Shown: positions 13,119-28,100, counted from the first letter of the stretch. The stretch is 64,000 bases of DNA from Mytilus californianus (GCF_021869535.1 NW_026262581.1:5890001-5954000), one strand, 5' to 3'. Translations and numbers: made by a program. The notes: generated by a model not told the origin, from the letters alone.

Positions 13119-16100
13119 CTACAACGAAAAAGTGGGAATGGATATTTTGATAAAACGTCTCATTACTTTACCTGTCTAAAAAAGCTATTTTTCAATACTT
13201 TGATATACTTTTATAACATGTTTCTATTTTCAGCTCTTTCCTGATACTCACTTCAAGAGTTATGAATCTGACTAAAACGTTAAAATATAAGGGTCATTTT
13301 GAAACGCCCGTCTGGCGCAAATACAAAATTTCAATCCTGGTATCTATGATGAGTTTATTTAATTCACTTGTTGGTAAGCAGAAGTGGTTAAAAATGTGCA
13401 ATGGAAAGCATCATGAATAAGTAAATAGAATTTTTTATTTTCATATACAAACACTTCTAAATTTACAAATAAGTTTGATTACATGTATGTTAGAAGCAAA
13501 ACTTTGATATAAATGAACGAAATTATTTCAATGTGCTCAAATACCATAACACATGAATTCTAGAACAACCTTCATCCAGTACCCTCTAATACAAAAGTTT
13601 TGAAACACATATACCAATATCGAACATTTCAAAGCTTCAAAATAGAAATGGGGTCTAAAAAAATCAGCCAAAATCGGCTTTTAACACTTTGTTCCTGGAA
13701 TAACCTTTGAGGTATGTAATGCCAAAAAATTTAGATGAGTAGTTACCAAAAAAATATATTAACTGATTACTTGTGTTAATAAACAGGGAATAAAAGCTGT
13801 TTACACATGACTCGAGCTCTTCATATCCAGAAAAATTATTCCATAATTGAGTTTCAGAGAGATTGGTAGTGCTTGAAAGTACATGTTCAGAGAGATTGGT
13901 AGTGCTTAAAAGTACATGTTCAGAGAGATTGGTAGTGCTTAAAAGTACATGTATATAAAAATACAAATATACTGTGGATTCATTATCATTCATGGGATAC
14001 CTGTTTTTTAGGTAAACCACGAATTAAAAGGTTCAACAAAGTACAATTATTCTATAGGCTTGCATGCAGACTTTGACAAAACCAAGAAATCAAATATCCA
14101 CAAAAATACAATTTTTCCTCAATCCACAAAAATTGATATCCACGAAAATAAATGGATCCACAGCACCTGAGGCTATGTTTCAGAGTCAGTGTATGGTATT
14201 GCTTAACAAAGTTCATATCAGAAAATATAACAAGCTTTAACAAGGTGAATTCTAAACTGTCCTTCTAAGAGATATGATAATAATAAATGTTGCAAATAAT
14301 TATGAGCACATACTGTACTATTGGTTTTCCAACTTATTGTTGATAAGTCATATATTGAAGTGTCTGAGATGTCTAGTTAAAAGATATCTATATATACAGA
14401 ACATCTCTGTCAGTGACCTCTATCTATAAAATCTTGTTCCTGTTATGTAATAAAATGGCTGTGTCACCCAACCAAATATAGTTTATGATGAGTTTGCATA
14501 AATGGATATGTTGGGTATACGTCAATGAGACAGCAATTCAACCACACAAAAGACATTAAAAGGTCAACGTATACAGTCTTCAACAATAGACATGTGTCTT
14601 TACAATATACCAAATGTTTTGTTTAAGATTTAAAACCAAAAATTCTAAAGCAAGGTGTTACCTATAAAAACAATTCTATTAATTCTGTCTTCTGGTTTTT
14701 CCCATGATGTTGTATAAAATGAATCATATAGTTCTTGTACTCCTTGTATTACTAAACGTCTATCTTCTGAAGTAGATAACAAACCCTACAACAAAAAGGA
14801 TATATAAAATTATAATATATGCTTTTGTCTAATTCATAGCAGATTTATCCTTTTCCTGACCTGTTGATTATTTTATTTAATCAACGTGTGGTTTGTTCGA
14901 TCTCAGTTCTTCAGTGCCAAAATTCAATTATGACATAAAATTTTCTTGCTTTCTTTTGAATTTTCTTTTTTGACGTCACCAAAAAAGACAACCATGCCTG
15001 CACACCTTTTTGCAGATCATTGGAAACGAAGGATACGTATTGTCTAAAAATCATAAGAGAAACAGAATCTACCACCAAATCTCATGCAATACAATATTTC
15101 TCCACTCTCTGCAGTTAAATTTTAAATATTAAAACGCTCATCGAGCCTTGCATTTTAAAATTGAAAATTTAACTGTCTCTAGTAGAGAAATATTGTATCA
15201 CACTCGATGCAGTGGTGGAATCTATATTTATACAATGGAATTTCTATTTATTTTTACAGAGTAGATAATGATAATGACATACTACAAATGGTAATACTGT
15301 AAATTCAGAAATCATTGTGTGAATTTATTTTTTGCTTTCATTGTGCAACAGACGTGAAAAGCAACTTAAATTGTGATTTCAAGAAATGCTGCATTTAACT
15401 AAAGCGACAATTTAAAATTTGAGTTCTTTTATGCTAAATAAATCCTGTCACAGATTTTGCAATAATGAAATAAAGCAAAAGTTGTTAAACACATATACAA
15501 TATATGTACATTGTCGGAAAATATAAAATTTATTTGTATGAGCTTTAGAAACAGGACGAAAAGCGAGGCTAGCCGAGCTTTTCTCCTGTTTCGCAGCGAG
15601 TACAAATAAATCTTATATTTTCCGACAATGTACATATATTGTTTTTATCCTGAAATTTACACCCAACACTTGAAACTTTAGTGGTTAAAATCTAAATCAT
15701 TGTCTCTAATTTTTCAAAGAAATCGACATAGTTTAAACGCGGACCGCGAAGAGGACCCCAAAATGAACTGGTACGCAAAAAGAAATATCCACATTACCGC
15801 TTGCTCAATATGGAAGAGGGGTAACAGAGACTTTATTTGTACAAGTACAAATGAAGCAAACATTTATTTGTGTACCTGTTATTTGTACAATAGTTGGCTG
15901 ATTGCAGGATAAAAAGGATAATAACATTGTTGTAAAATAGCAAAAATCATATTTAGTTTGGGTATCATCAGCATTTTCCTAGCTTAAAATCTGAAAGGTA
16001 ATGATATTTTATCTTGAGGATAAAAACAAGGCTATTTTGTGGTTAATATAAATCTACATATATTTATACAAGGTTATAATAGATCATGAACATGTAAGCA

Positions 16101-19100
16101 ATAAATAACACTCTTTAATCTGGATTATATAGTCTTTAAATAAAACTTTGACAGTAATTCTGAATTATTTATCAAGTAATCTGATGTATTCATTTGTATG
16201 TGCTGACACTTTATAATCTATCTAAAAGTGCCAATGAAAAAAAAAGGAATTTTAATTATATATTAGTTATCATGAAATCTTAAGGTTTGCCAATGAATGA
16301 CAAAATGAAGGTTTTTATTAATCATCCAACATTAGCATGATTATGGTAAAATACCAATATTTTTTTGTGATTGTTTTTTGTTTAAATGAAAATTTGGTGA
16401 GATAATTAATGTCTCCACTTTTTAAATTGGAGATCAAAGGTTAGCATTTAATATCAGAAAACATAAGTAATAATAATTCAATAACATTTGTCCTATCTGT
16501 AAAAAATATTGACGACATTTGTTTAGATTAATCAAACAAGAGTGGACATGCTTAAATGACTTGCCTTCTTTACTGATTATAACTGATTTTTTTTTCAGTC
16601 ATTGAGATCAAACTCTTACTACAGTTATCACAAACTTAACATTGATCAATGAACCATGTAAATGAGGTCAATTATGATGAACCCTGTCAGACAGACATGT
16701 ACTCCTTACAATCACTCATTACAACATATATCATTCACCACTATTTACAGTTTCTGAGAAAATGACCTTATGAAAACTTCTAATTGACCAATGGACCATG
16801 AAAATGAGGTCAAAGTCAGGTAAACCTTGTCAGACAAACAGGAACAACTTAAAATGACTAGAAACAAAATAAAGTTGACCTATTACATCCTAATAGAGAA
16901 TGTGATATGAACACTAAAACTTAAAATCAATCAATGAACAGTGAAAATGAGATCAAGGTCAAGTGAACATTGTCTGATGGGCATTTATACCATGCAACAA
17001 TTGTATATCCCAATTATAGTTGTCAATTTGCATACATGGAACTGAAACAAAGTTCATAAGCAGAAGCAGAAATGCTTCATCCACTTTACTGATAATGACC
17101 CATCACAATCATATGATACACATCCTTGATTAAAACCATGTATGCTTATTATGGTTGTCAAATTCACAGACAAAAATGCCAAAGTTGATGAAAAATTGTC
17201 AATTAACGACAAGAACTATAAAGAATCATTTAATGATATTGGTACCATTAGATAGAAAGTAGATATTTACATACTGAGCATTTTGCCCGTCAGATTTTCT
17301 GTTTTAATACATGTTATTATTTTCCAGGTATTGGACAATTAACCTCAATTTACCGTATGTTCCATTTTATTAGCCACGGTGGCCATTATGGTTGATTTAA
17401 TATCAAATTTTAATCAAGATGCAATAATTTCAAAGATGTACATAAAAACTTAGTACTTGTGTCCTTGTTACAATACGATTTATGATAATTAATATTTAAC
17501 TCATGTTATAGTACAGATTATATCTTTGTTTAGATAAGTACAACAATTAAGTATATAAGCACTGATATAACCTAAGCAAATATCTGTTACCTTGACACAA
17601 GAAGATAGTTTGAACACCTAATAATAATCAACTGATATAGAATGTCCAGGATCCAACCAATATAGCAGTTGAATAAAATAGATCCCTGAAATGGCATTAT
17701 CAAATTCATTCCAAGAGGGACAAGTTCCAATGTTATGTCAGATGTGTGAAGAATCCATTGAGATCAAATGGAAATGTTTACAGTGTGACTTTTTTTTTGT
17801 GTATAAAATGTCAGAAATTTCATCAAAAAGTTAAATCAAAAGACCAGCATGCAATTATAGACATCAAAGACATTGCTACATACCAACAACTAATTGAGGA
17901 TAGTCCAGACTTTAGTAATATACCATGTGGAGTTCATAGTGGACAAAACAGTTGTTTATTCTGTCATATATGTACAGAAGTTATCTGCTCTTTGTGCATT
18001 CGTAAAACCCACGAAGACCACAATATCATTGAATTAACTGAAGGTTATAACCTTACAGTGAAAGCTGAAGTGTTACATTCTGAACTTGAGGAGAACATTT
18101 TACAAACTGGGAAAGGATTATCTAAATTGGATTTTATGAAATATTCAGAAGAATCAACATTTGAATCAGAGAAGCAGAAAATTTTGAAGGACGAAGTTGA
18201 AAAGCATACAAAGAACCTTTTAAAAAAACTTGGTCAAAGGAAGGACATTCCGTGGAAATCCCTAATTAATGAAGAAAACAGATTACAAAAGATCAACAAG
18301 GATTTAGAATTTAGAAGAAATAGCTTAAGTAAAACCTTAGGTCTCAAAAAATGCAAATGAAATTTTCAGCATAATCAAACAAGAAAGAACAGCCAGGACA
18401 GATAAGATTCAAGTGAACATCAGATTTAAAGGATTGCCACAATATGTACCTAGAATGCAACCAATTTTACAGTCACAACATGGGGAACTGACTGAACTGG
18501 AAGATGATAATGCACAGGAGAAACCGGAATTTACAGTGGTACAAAAATATAAAACTGAACTACCACTGGTTGAAGATTTAGTTTGCTGTGAAAACAGAAC
18601 ATTGTGGATAAACCAATGTGAAAGTGAAATCTTACAGAAAATACAGCTTACTAAAGGATCAGTTCAGGTAGTTGAGAATATTAAAACATATTCATCTAGC
18701 ATAGCTTCATTACCAACAGGAAATCTACTGATACCAAAGATCCTTTCCTTCAAATATTTTCACACACCACTGGAGAGATACATGAATCAATATACAACTT
18801 TGCTCCTCTTCAAACAATAGCTGTCCATGTAACCAAAACTAATCGAATCATAGTAGGGGCAAGAGAAAATGGAAAATCCTTTCCTGTCAATGGTCTAAGA
18901 CAAGTGATTGTGATGGATATTGATGGAAGTGAAGAGAAAGTGTACCATTTAGATAACAATAGAAAACACATCTTTACAGTTCCTAGACGAATAGCTACTG
19001 ACAATGATGATGACATTTATGTCATAGATATTCTAGATAAAAACTGGAGTGGTAGGATTGTTGCCTTAGATAAAATTAATGGAGTGAGATGGGTATATAG

Positions 19101-22100
19101 TGGCCAGTCAGATGTGTACAAAATGTTTCAACCTAAAGACTTAGTGACAATATTATAATAACAGACGATAATCATCATATGATTTATATAGTCAACAATA
19201 CTGGACAGTGTCTTCATTACATGAACACTAAGGATCAGTTAGATATTCATTGGCTACCTCAATAGACATTGACAATAGAGGTATACTGTATGTAGGTTGT
19301 AATACATACCAAGGTAAACCTCCAGGAGCCCTAATATATACTGTTCATTTTTCTGGCTGCTGATTTGCTGTCCAGTTTTGGGGTTCTAATTTCTGGCTAT
19401 GATTAATATATACTGCCTAGTTTTCTGGAAACTGAATTAAAATCCAGTTTTCTAGATTCTAAATTACAAATTGTGATTGCTACATAATGTTCAGTTTTCT
19501 AGATTCTGAATTACCAAGTGCAATTACTATAAACTTTCAAGATTTCTGACTTCTGAATTACCAATTAGGATTACTATATACTAACTAGTTTTCAGGATTT
19601 GGAATAACAGATTGCATTTCTATCCAGTACTATGTAGATATTGTGTCCAAACACCTTATTGCTATTTGTCCGCCATTACTGGACATCACAAAGGTTCCAG
19701 TAAAATTTAGACGTAATAAAAGACAATAACTGACGCCACAATGGAAAAGTGATTGTTGTATGACATCAATAGTTCAAGAGGCGCAGATTCTAGGGTCAAG
19801 CGGCGCAGATTTCCAAATAGCGATAAGGTCTATTCTGAACTATTAATTGTGAATAAAATAAACTGTTCGATTATATTCCGTTCGTTTTTCTGTTGCGCTG
19901 AGTTGACATTAAACAAACCATCAATAGTCAACCAATAAAGTTTTCTGGATTCTGATTTACCGATTTTGATAACCATACACTGTTCAGTTTTTTAATTCCA
20001 GATTTACTTTGACTGTTTCTGAATTACTGATTGTGATTAGTATAAACTGTTCCTTTTCCTTGCATCCGATTTAAAGGGGCACTAGCTGTCAAATTCATGT
20101 TCACCGATTTGACTCAAATTCTCATATTAGATTTATAACAATGTAAAACATTTATCCAAATTATAAAAAGTTTTAAATAAACAATTTACAGGGCATGGGC
20201 TCGATTATATGTAGCTTCATTTCGTGTGTATTTTAGTCTAGACGCCATCTAATTAACTATCGAGATGACCCCGAAAACAACCGACAGTCACATGACATGA
20301 TATAAACATACACATAAATATCAATAGATATATGGACCTCGTGCAAATGGTTTTTCTATGTCTGTTTGATTTCAATTTAAGATTAATAAAATGCTCCGCA
20401 GGGCGCAGCTTGATACGACCGCAGAGGTCGAACCCTGAACAGTTGGGGCAAGTATGGACACAACATTCAAGCTTGATACAGCTCTGAATTTGGATTGTGA
20501 TTAAATATTTGACACAGCATAGGTTTCTGACACAGAATGAATGTGGTCTAAGAACTTAAAAATTTTAAATTGGACATTCACCTATTATGGTCCAATATCC
20601 AAAATCTAAATACATGGTTAGATTCAGCATATCAAAGAACCCCAAGAATTCAATTTTTGATGAAATAAAACAAAGTTTAATTTTGGACCCTTTTGATCTC
20701 AATGTGGACAAAGTTGATAACGGGGCCCAAAAATCAAAAATCTAAATACATGGTTAGATTCAGCATATCAAAGAACCCCATATATTCAATTTTTGTTGAA
20801 ATCAAACAAAGTTTAATTTTGGACCCCGATTTGGACCAACTTGAAAACTGGGCCCATAATCAAAAATCTAAATACATGTTTAGATTCAGCATATCAAAGA
20901 ACCCTAAAAATTCAATTTTTGTTAAAATCAAACTAAGTTTAATTTTGGACCCTTTGGACCTTTATGTAGACCAATTTGAAAACGGAACCAAAAATTAAGA
21001 ATCTAAATACACGGTTAGATTCGGCATATCAAAGAACCCCAATAATTCAATTTTTGATGAAATCAAACAAAGTTAAATTTTGGACCCTTTGGACCTCAAT
21101 GTGGACCAATTTAAAAACGGGGCCTAAAATCCAAAAACTTAATACACGGTTAGATTCAGCATATTAAAGAACCCCAAGAATTCAAGAATAAAACCCCATT
21201 GAAATTGATCAAGAAATAAGCAATTTATATGAAGTATCTTCTTTTGCACAATACTGTGCAATTGAATATTTCTTGCTATTGCGCAATACTGTACAATTGA
21301 CAATTTCTTGCTATTGCGCAATATTGTGCTATTGGATATTTCTTGCTATTGCGCAATACTGTGCAATTGAAGATTTCTTGCTATTGCGCAATACTGTGCA
21401 ATTGAAGATTTCTTGCTATTGTGCAATACTGTGCAATTGAAAATTTCTTGCTATTGCACAATACTTATTATATAATAATTTACACATCCTGTTTGGTGTG
21501 TATCTCCTACCATATCATTATTATTTGCTTTTAAATATAAATCAGAAATAACCAACTTAAAATGGAAAATTTTAAAAGAAAAAAAAAAGGAAAAGAAAAA
21601 AAAAGAAAAAAAAAAAATCCCCCCCCCCAAATTTTTTGAACCCCCTTATGATTCATCACCCCCAAACTCAATCCCAGCCTTCCCTTTGTGGTATGGTACC
21701 TTGCAGTACAATTTCAGAGAGATCCATACACTTGAACACAAGTTATTGTCTGGAAACTAGAAAAATGCTTATTTTTGGCCCCTTTTTGGCCCCCAATCCC
21801 TAAACGTTTCGGGCAATTACCCCCAAACTCAATTCCAGCTTTCCGTTTGTGATATGGAACCTTGTAGTACAATTTCAGAAATATCCAAACACTTACACAC
21901 AAGTTATTGTCATGAAACTAGAAAAATGCTTGTTTTTTGCCCCTTTTTTTGGCCCCTAATTCCTAAAATTTTGAGGCAATTACCCCCAAAATCAATTACA
22001 GCCTTCCCTTTGTGATATGGATCTTGTGGTACAATGTCAGAGAGATCCATACACTTACACACAAGTTATTGTCTGGAAGTTACAAAAATGCTTATTTTTG

Positions 22101-25100
22101 GCCCCTTTTTGGCCCCTAATTCCTTAACTGTTGGTACCATAACCCCCAAAATCAATCCCAACCTTCCTTTCGTGGTATTAAACCTTATGGTAAAATTTCA
22201 TGGAGATCTATTCACTTAAACTAAAGTTAGAGTGCGAAAACCAATGTGTCTTCGGACGACGACGACGACGCCAACGTCATACCAATATACGACCAAAAAA
22301 TTTTTAATTTTTGCGGTCGTAAAAAATTTTTTTATTTTTTGCGGTCGTATAAAAAAATAAGTTAATTTTAGATTTCACCTGTATCAGAATGATTTTTTGT
22401 GGATCAAATCAGTCAATCAAATGTTTTACTTTTGTTTCACTTTCAATGTTGACATTCTTTTCTTTTATTAGCCTAACACGCATCAATCATGCATAATCCA
22501 TCTCTAGCTAAGGGGTTTAATTGAAGTTCACATGAATACGGATTCTAAGAGGTCGAATTATTCACTTACAAGTGAATAATTCATCATCGATGATTCGTAG
22601 CTTATTTTGACAAAACAGAACCATACTGGCTGCTAATAGTGAATAATTATTTCACTATTTCACTTTCATTAATGATTGAACAAAAAAAAAATCATAATTT
22701 AATGTTTTTATGTATCTCGTAGCTAGTGCCCCTTTAAAGATTACTATAAATTCTCCAGTTTTCTTAATTTTGTAATCATTATATATCATCAAAAAATAAA
22801 GAGATGTGGTATTATTGTCAATGAGACAACTATCCACCAGAGTTCAAATGAAGTTGATATAAGCAATTATAGGCCACTGTATTGCTTTCAACAATGAGAA
22901 AATCCCATATTGTATAGTTGGCTTTAAAAGGCCATGACAAGAAAAATGTGAAACAATTCAAACCAGAAAACTAACAGCCTAATTTACCGGTATAACAAAA
23001 AAATTTATGAAAAATAAATATTAAAGACATGAACCAACGACAACCACAGAACTACAGGCTCCTGACTTGGGACAGGCAAATTAAGAATATGGCTGCATTA
23101 AACATGTTTGTAAGCACTCAACTCTCTCTAACCTGGGACAGTGGTGTATCAGCACAACATAAGAACAAACTGTAAATATCGGTTGCAAATTATTGGCTAT
23201 AATCAAAGGATAGGTACAAGGGAAAAAAAAACTAACATAAAAACAATAGACACAAAGCACTGATATAAGAGCACTGCAGTTACTGAAAGCTAGTTCAAAG
23301 TCAATTACAACTTATAAAAAAATCATGTTCTCCCAGACATAAGTATGTCCAGTTTTTTTTTCGGGATTCAGAATTAATAATTGTAAAACTTTGACACCCA
23401 GAGAAATTTTCAATGATCCATGTAAATGAAGTCAAGGTCAGAAGAACCCTTTCAGAAGGACATGTACACTAACAATCATTCCATACACCTTAATAGTTGA
23501 CCTATTACTTTTAGTATGTGACAAACAGACCTAACCATGAAAATTTAACATAAGACTATTGAATCATGAAAATGAAGTCAAGGTCAGATAAATCCTACCT
23601 GAAAATCAGTCAATCATACCACATCTTCTTATTTTTATACAAAACCTAACCAAAGTTAAAAAAGTATGAAATGTAGGGCATAGTGATTCATAATTGGCTG
23701 GATGTGACTTACTCCTCAAAATGCAAATTAACGTATGTTCAGATGAGCCTATTACTTATAATTACAAAGATATGAACTTATATTGGACCAACATAGGCCA
23801 GAAGAATCATACACTGTTTAACACCTAGATATGTCTTGCTTATATTACCTTATTTCAAACTTTCAAAACTTTTTGAAGCACAGAAGCTTGAATCAGCTCA
23901 ATTCTATGACTTTTAATTTGTTGCAGGCAAATTGAAAATAATGTCAAGATCAGGTGACCATTGTCAGATGAAAATGTACACTTTACCACAATTCTAGAGA
24001 TCTAACATTGATGGTACAAAGCAAAAAAGTTGATTTTTTTTATGAATATGACATTTTTCTTCCTTTTAGGGCAAATTACATTTAGTTGGTGGTAGATGAT
24101 AAAATGATTCTCTATATTTTTGGCTAGTCCTTAACACTATGGTTTTATTCAATTGTAAAAAATGAAAACAACACTTTATAAATTCCATGCGTCTGAAGCG
24201 TAAACATGGATATTTTGGTGGGCTGTTATTCAATGCATTAACTTCTCTCCCCCACCCCCCCCCCCCCCCCCCCCATTCTGACCATCTTCGCTAGCCAAGG
24301 GTTACGATCCACTTCCCTCATCTCCACCCTTGGCGGATTGAGATCGAATTTCGGAGACACAAGGTAATGATTTTCATTGGTTGCAGTCGAAACACACTGC
24401 ATCCAATCAAAAAGCGCCTATAACATGATCATGTGTAAATGTAGAAATATAGATTTTTACATTGATACCAGTGGATTATCGGATTTATCCAATCGAGATA
24501 GTTAAATTATCAATTTTAAAGTCCGAGCCTCGGCGAGGACTTTAAAATTCATAATTTAACTATCGAGATTGGATAAATCCGATAATCCACGAGTAACTAT
24601 GTAAGAATCTGTTTCTCTAATGATTAATAAATAAATTTTCATTTTTTGTTAAACGAAAGTCCCCTTCCAGTGCCTTCCACATTCCCCGAAGTTGTCAATT
24701 TCATTAACACCTGTTGGCATATTTTGATACATCCAGTGTGCTGCTAAAGGTTATGACCCTTAAATTCATCCAATCATCTTCTGAGATCAACGGCAACCAT
24801 ACGTTGATTAAATTTTTTTATACAATAGGTTCGGAAAGGGATAAATTTCCTTAGAATTAGAGAAAGTGTATGTAAACAATTTCCACGTGCTTATTGTGCA
24901 ACAAGTCTTTACATCCCTAAACATACGACTATATTTAATGACAATTTGAATGTTTTCAATCAACTAATAGAAGTTCCTGTGTATGTTTCTTGGACAAATG
25001 CATTAATATCAACGTATATTTTCGTTTCCTGCTTTACCAAGTGTGTAGAATCTAGACGCTACCGTGTTTTTACCTCCTAATTGAAGAGTTCAAGTGCTAC

Positions 25101-28100
25101 CATTGGTCAAGAATAATGTATTAGGAATGGGTGTGACTTTAATCTACCGATAGATGGCGCAACATTGTTATCACAAATGTTGGCTTAATCTGCCAAGGGT
25201 GGAGAGAAGGGAAGTGGATCGTAACCCTTGGCTAGCGAAGATGCCATCTGACTTGATAGTGAAATAAGAAAAAATAACACTAAGCCAAAATTTACACATT
25301 TACAGTATGTCTTAAATCAAGAATCCTACCCCATCTTAGAAACCACTAGTAATGACATATTAAGCATCTTATACAAAATAACTACACTATGAATAGCCTT
25401 TTTTGTCTTTCTAATGTTAAACAAACTGCATTGAGAAATACCTCCGTACTTTAATGTATTTGAATTGCATCTAGTTAGATTTTTTTTTTTATCAAAATGT
25501 TTGTAATTTTACTTACTATAGCTATAGAATATGTACTTGTTAGCAATATAATGGGTAACAGAAAAAACAGTCCAATGTGATGCACATATTTTATCAGTCT
25601 AAGGGCAATAACCACAAAAAAGTTTTGTTTTTGTTCTTTTAACCTTTTTCATAGATATGATACATAAATGTATGCATGGGATTGCTATCAAACTTGTTTT
25701 CCATATAATTTCTATTTCCAAGGTGCATTACTCCTGTAATAATATTTGATGAGCACCTATCTAAATAGAAATGTAGTATTGAGAGAGCTTACAGTGCAAT
25801 TTCCAATAGAATTTACATTTATAAAGGGATATAACTCCTGAAAAAAAATCAGGGGTGATTGTTAAACTTGTCCTCAACATTGCTGATATAAACTTTTGAT
25901 GAAAATTTCATAATAATCTTATAAGAAATGTAAGCTTAAAAGTGCTTACAATGAAATTTCTATATAATTCATATTTTCAAGGGTCAGAATTCCTTATAAA
26001 ATAATTTATCAGCACTAATTTTCAAACTCAACCAAGACATTGCTGATATAAAACATTGATAATAAAATGCTTTGCTGAGCGCAGCTGGATACGACCACAG
26101 AGGTCCAACCCTGAACAGTTGGGGCAAAAATGGACACAATATTCACGCTTGATACAGGTTTGAATTTGGATTGTAATTAAATATTTGACACATAATAGGT
26201 TTCTGACACCGAATAACTGTATTCAAAGAACTTAGAATTGGTTATGATTTGAATTTATTTTCAATTTTTTGCTTTTGTGCAATACACTATGCTGTTGTGA
26301 ATTTCCAATGGTGTTTGCAACCATAATTACCAATTTAAGGTAGATAGGGTGTCTTCCTCCATCTTGGATTTTGAAAAACCAGAAAACAATTGGTCTAGAT
26401 CTTTAATAAAATGTGCAAATTTTGAGAGTAGTAGGTAATACATGTGTAAGAATTTTGAATTCAAAATATAGAAAATGACATGTTTTATCATATTTATAGT
26501 TGTATTTTACAAAAAACAGAATACTTCTTGTTTGATTCAATTTTTTCCAACTTTACCATATAAGGGGAGGCAACTCAAATGTAAGGGCAGCTAATTCAGA
26601 TAAAGTTACTTTTACAATAGAATGTGTTAGGAATTTACCTTTTTTATTATGTAGCAAGAAAACGGGTCCCGTGACCCCATTTTTTCTTTTTCTTATCTGA
26701 AAGCACAATATTAGAGCTATCTTCTCATACTTTATCTCAAAATTCTATGGTGTAGTTTTCGTTTTAAGGCAGAAAATTGGGTTTTCCATGCATAATCTAT
26801 ACAAAATCTGTCAATTTTGCACAACCTGTAGCGTGAAAATAAGTCCCGTGACCCATTCTTTTTATTATTTTTTTAAAAAGGCATGATATAAGCTACATTT
26901 TGGCAAATTATTAAAAAAATCTATGGATTATAATTTAGACACCCCATCTACCTTAAATACATCATAAAATTCTTAAAATAGAAAATGACATACATAATCA
27001 TTGCTAAAATTAATATTCCTTTAATAGTAACTTCTAAGAATAAATTGACAGCTAATCACCTCAAGACAATACAAAATTTCTTTATACATAATTTAAAAGC
27101 AGTGTAAGGGAGGAAATCCAAACATACACAACATTGTACTTTAAATGTGTTTGGATTACCTCCCTTACACTGCTCCATTAACCAGGAAACCTTTGTTTTC
27201 CCCCCTTTTTTGCCCCTAATTCCTAAACGCTTTGAGCCATAACCCCCCAAAGTCAATCCTAACCATCCCTTTGTGGTATGGAAACTTGTGGTATAATTTC
27301 AGAGAGATTCATACACCGTTCCGAAAGTTATTGTCTGGAAACTAGAAAAATGCTTATTTGGGCCCTTTTTTGGCCCCTAATTCCTAAACTGTTAGGACCA
27401 TAACCCCTAAAATCAATTCCAACCTTCCTTTTGTGGTTATAAACCTTGTGTTTAAATTTCATAGATTTCTATTTACTGATACTAAAGTTATTGTCTGGAA
27501 ACCAAATGTCTTCGGACGATGACGACTTGATACCGTTATCTGGCAAGAATTGCACATGTTAGAGCACTTACAAGACAGGACAAATGGACAGATGGACACC
27601 AGGTATTTACATTGCAGTGGGATACAATGAATTAAGTAATACAAAAAATAAATCATACATACTTTCAACCTGAGAATTTCCATCACATGTCCATTTGAAT
27701 TTTTAGTATTTTTGTCCCACAGTATATTCTGTATAGCTTTGTCAAACAACTGCTTATTCATACAACCTTTGCATTCTATAGTTAGTGTACCCACATCCTG
27801 AAACAGAATAAACTATTCACATTTTTGCTTTCAAATCATACTGAAACAATTTACTGTACTATGTTCTGATATACACTTTTAACATACACTAATGGAAATA
27901 TATGAATAAAATGGGAAAGAGGAAATAATCAATGAACAAGATTGCTACGTCACAGTGAAATGTTCCCTGTGCTGTATAAATGAGGAATTAATTAGAGTGT
28001 CACAATGTGTCATTAAGGGAGGATATGCATATAAGCATTAATGCATGATACAAGTCTACTTTTTGCAAAGTTTTTCAGAAAGAATCCTTTACACACGATT

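Larger units (their letters stand above)
26064..27535 (-). mobile_element. Second, interrupted copy of the 20385-22355 HINE family
   Basis: 26064-26290 matches 20385-20560; 27200-27535 matches the 161-bp repeats and GACGAC end. Confidence 0.7.

Noticed and set aside
13664-14020. 118-aa ORF with [11 protein letters not shown] repeats
   Set aside because: By-product of a 33-bp tandem repeat plus a MITE inside an intron.
20693-21321. ORFs across the satellite arrays
   Set aside because: Repeat-derived; no conserved domain.
21240-21465. 35-bp palindromic repeats resembling a CRISPR array (also the 39- and 54-bp arrays)
   Set aside because: Head-to-tail units without unique spacers, no cas genes, eukaryotic intron-exon context.
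24249-24274. Poly-C tract as a functional G-quadruplex
   Set aside because: Simple homopolymer beside a TE insertion, with unreliable length and no supporting context.
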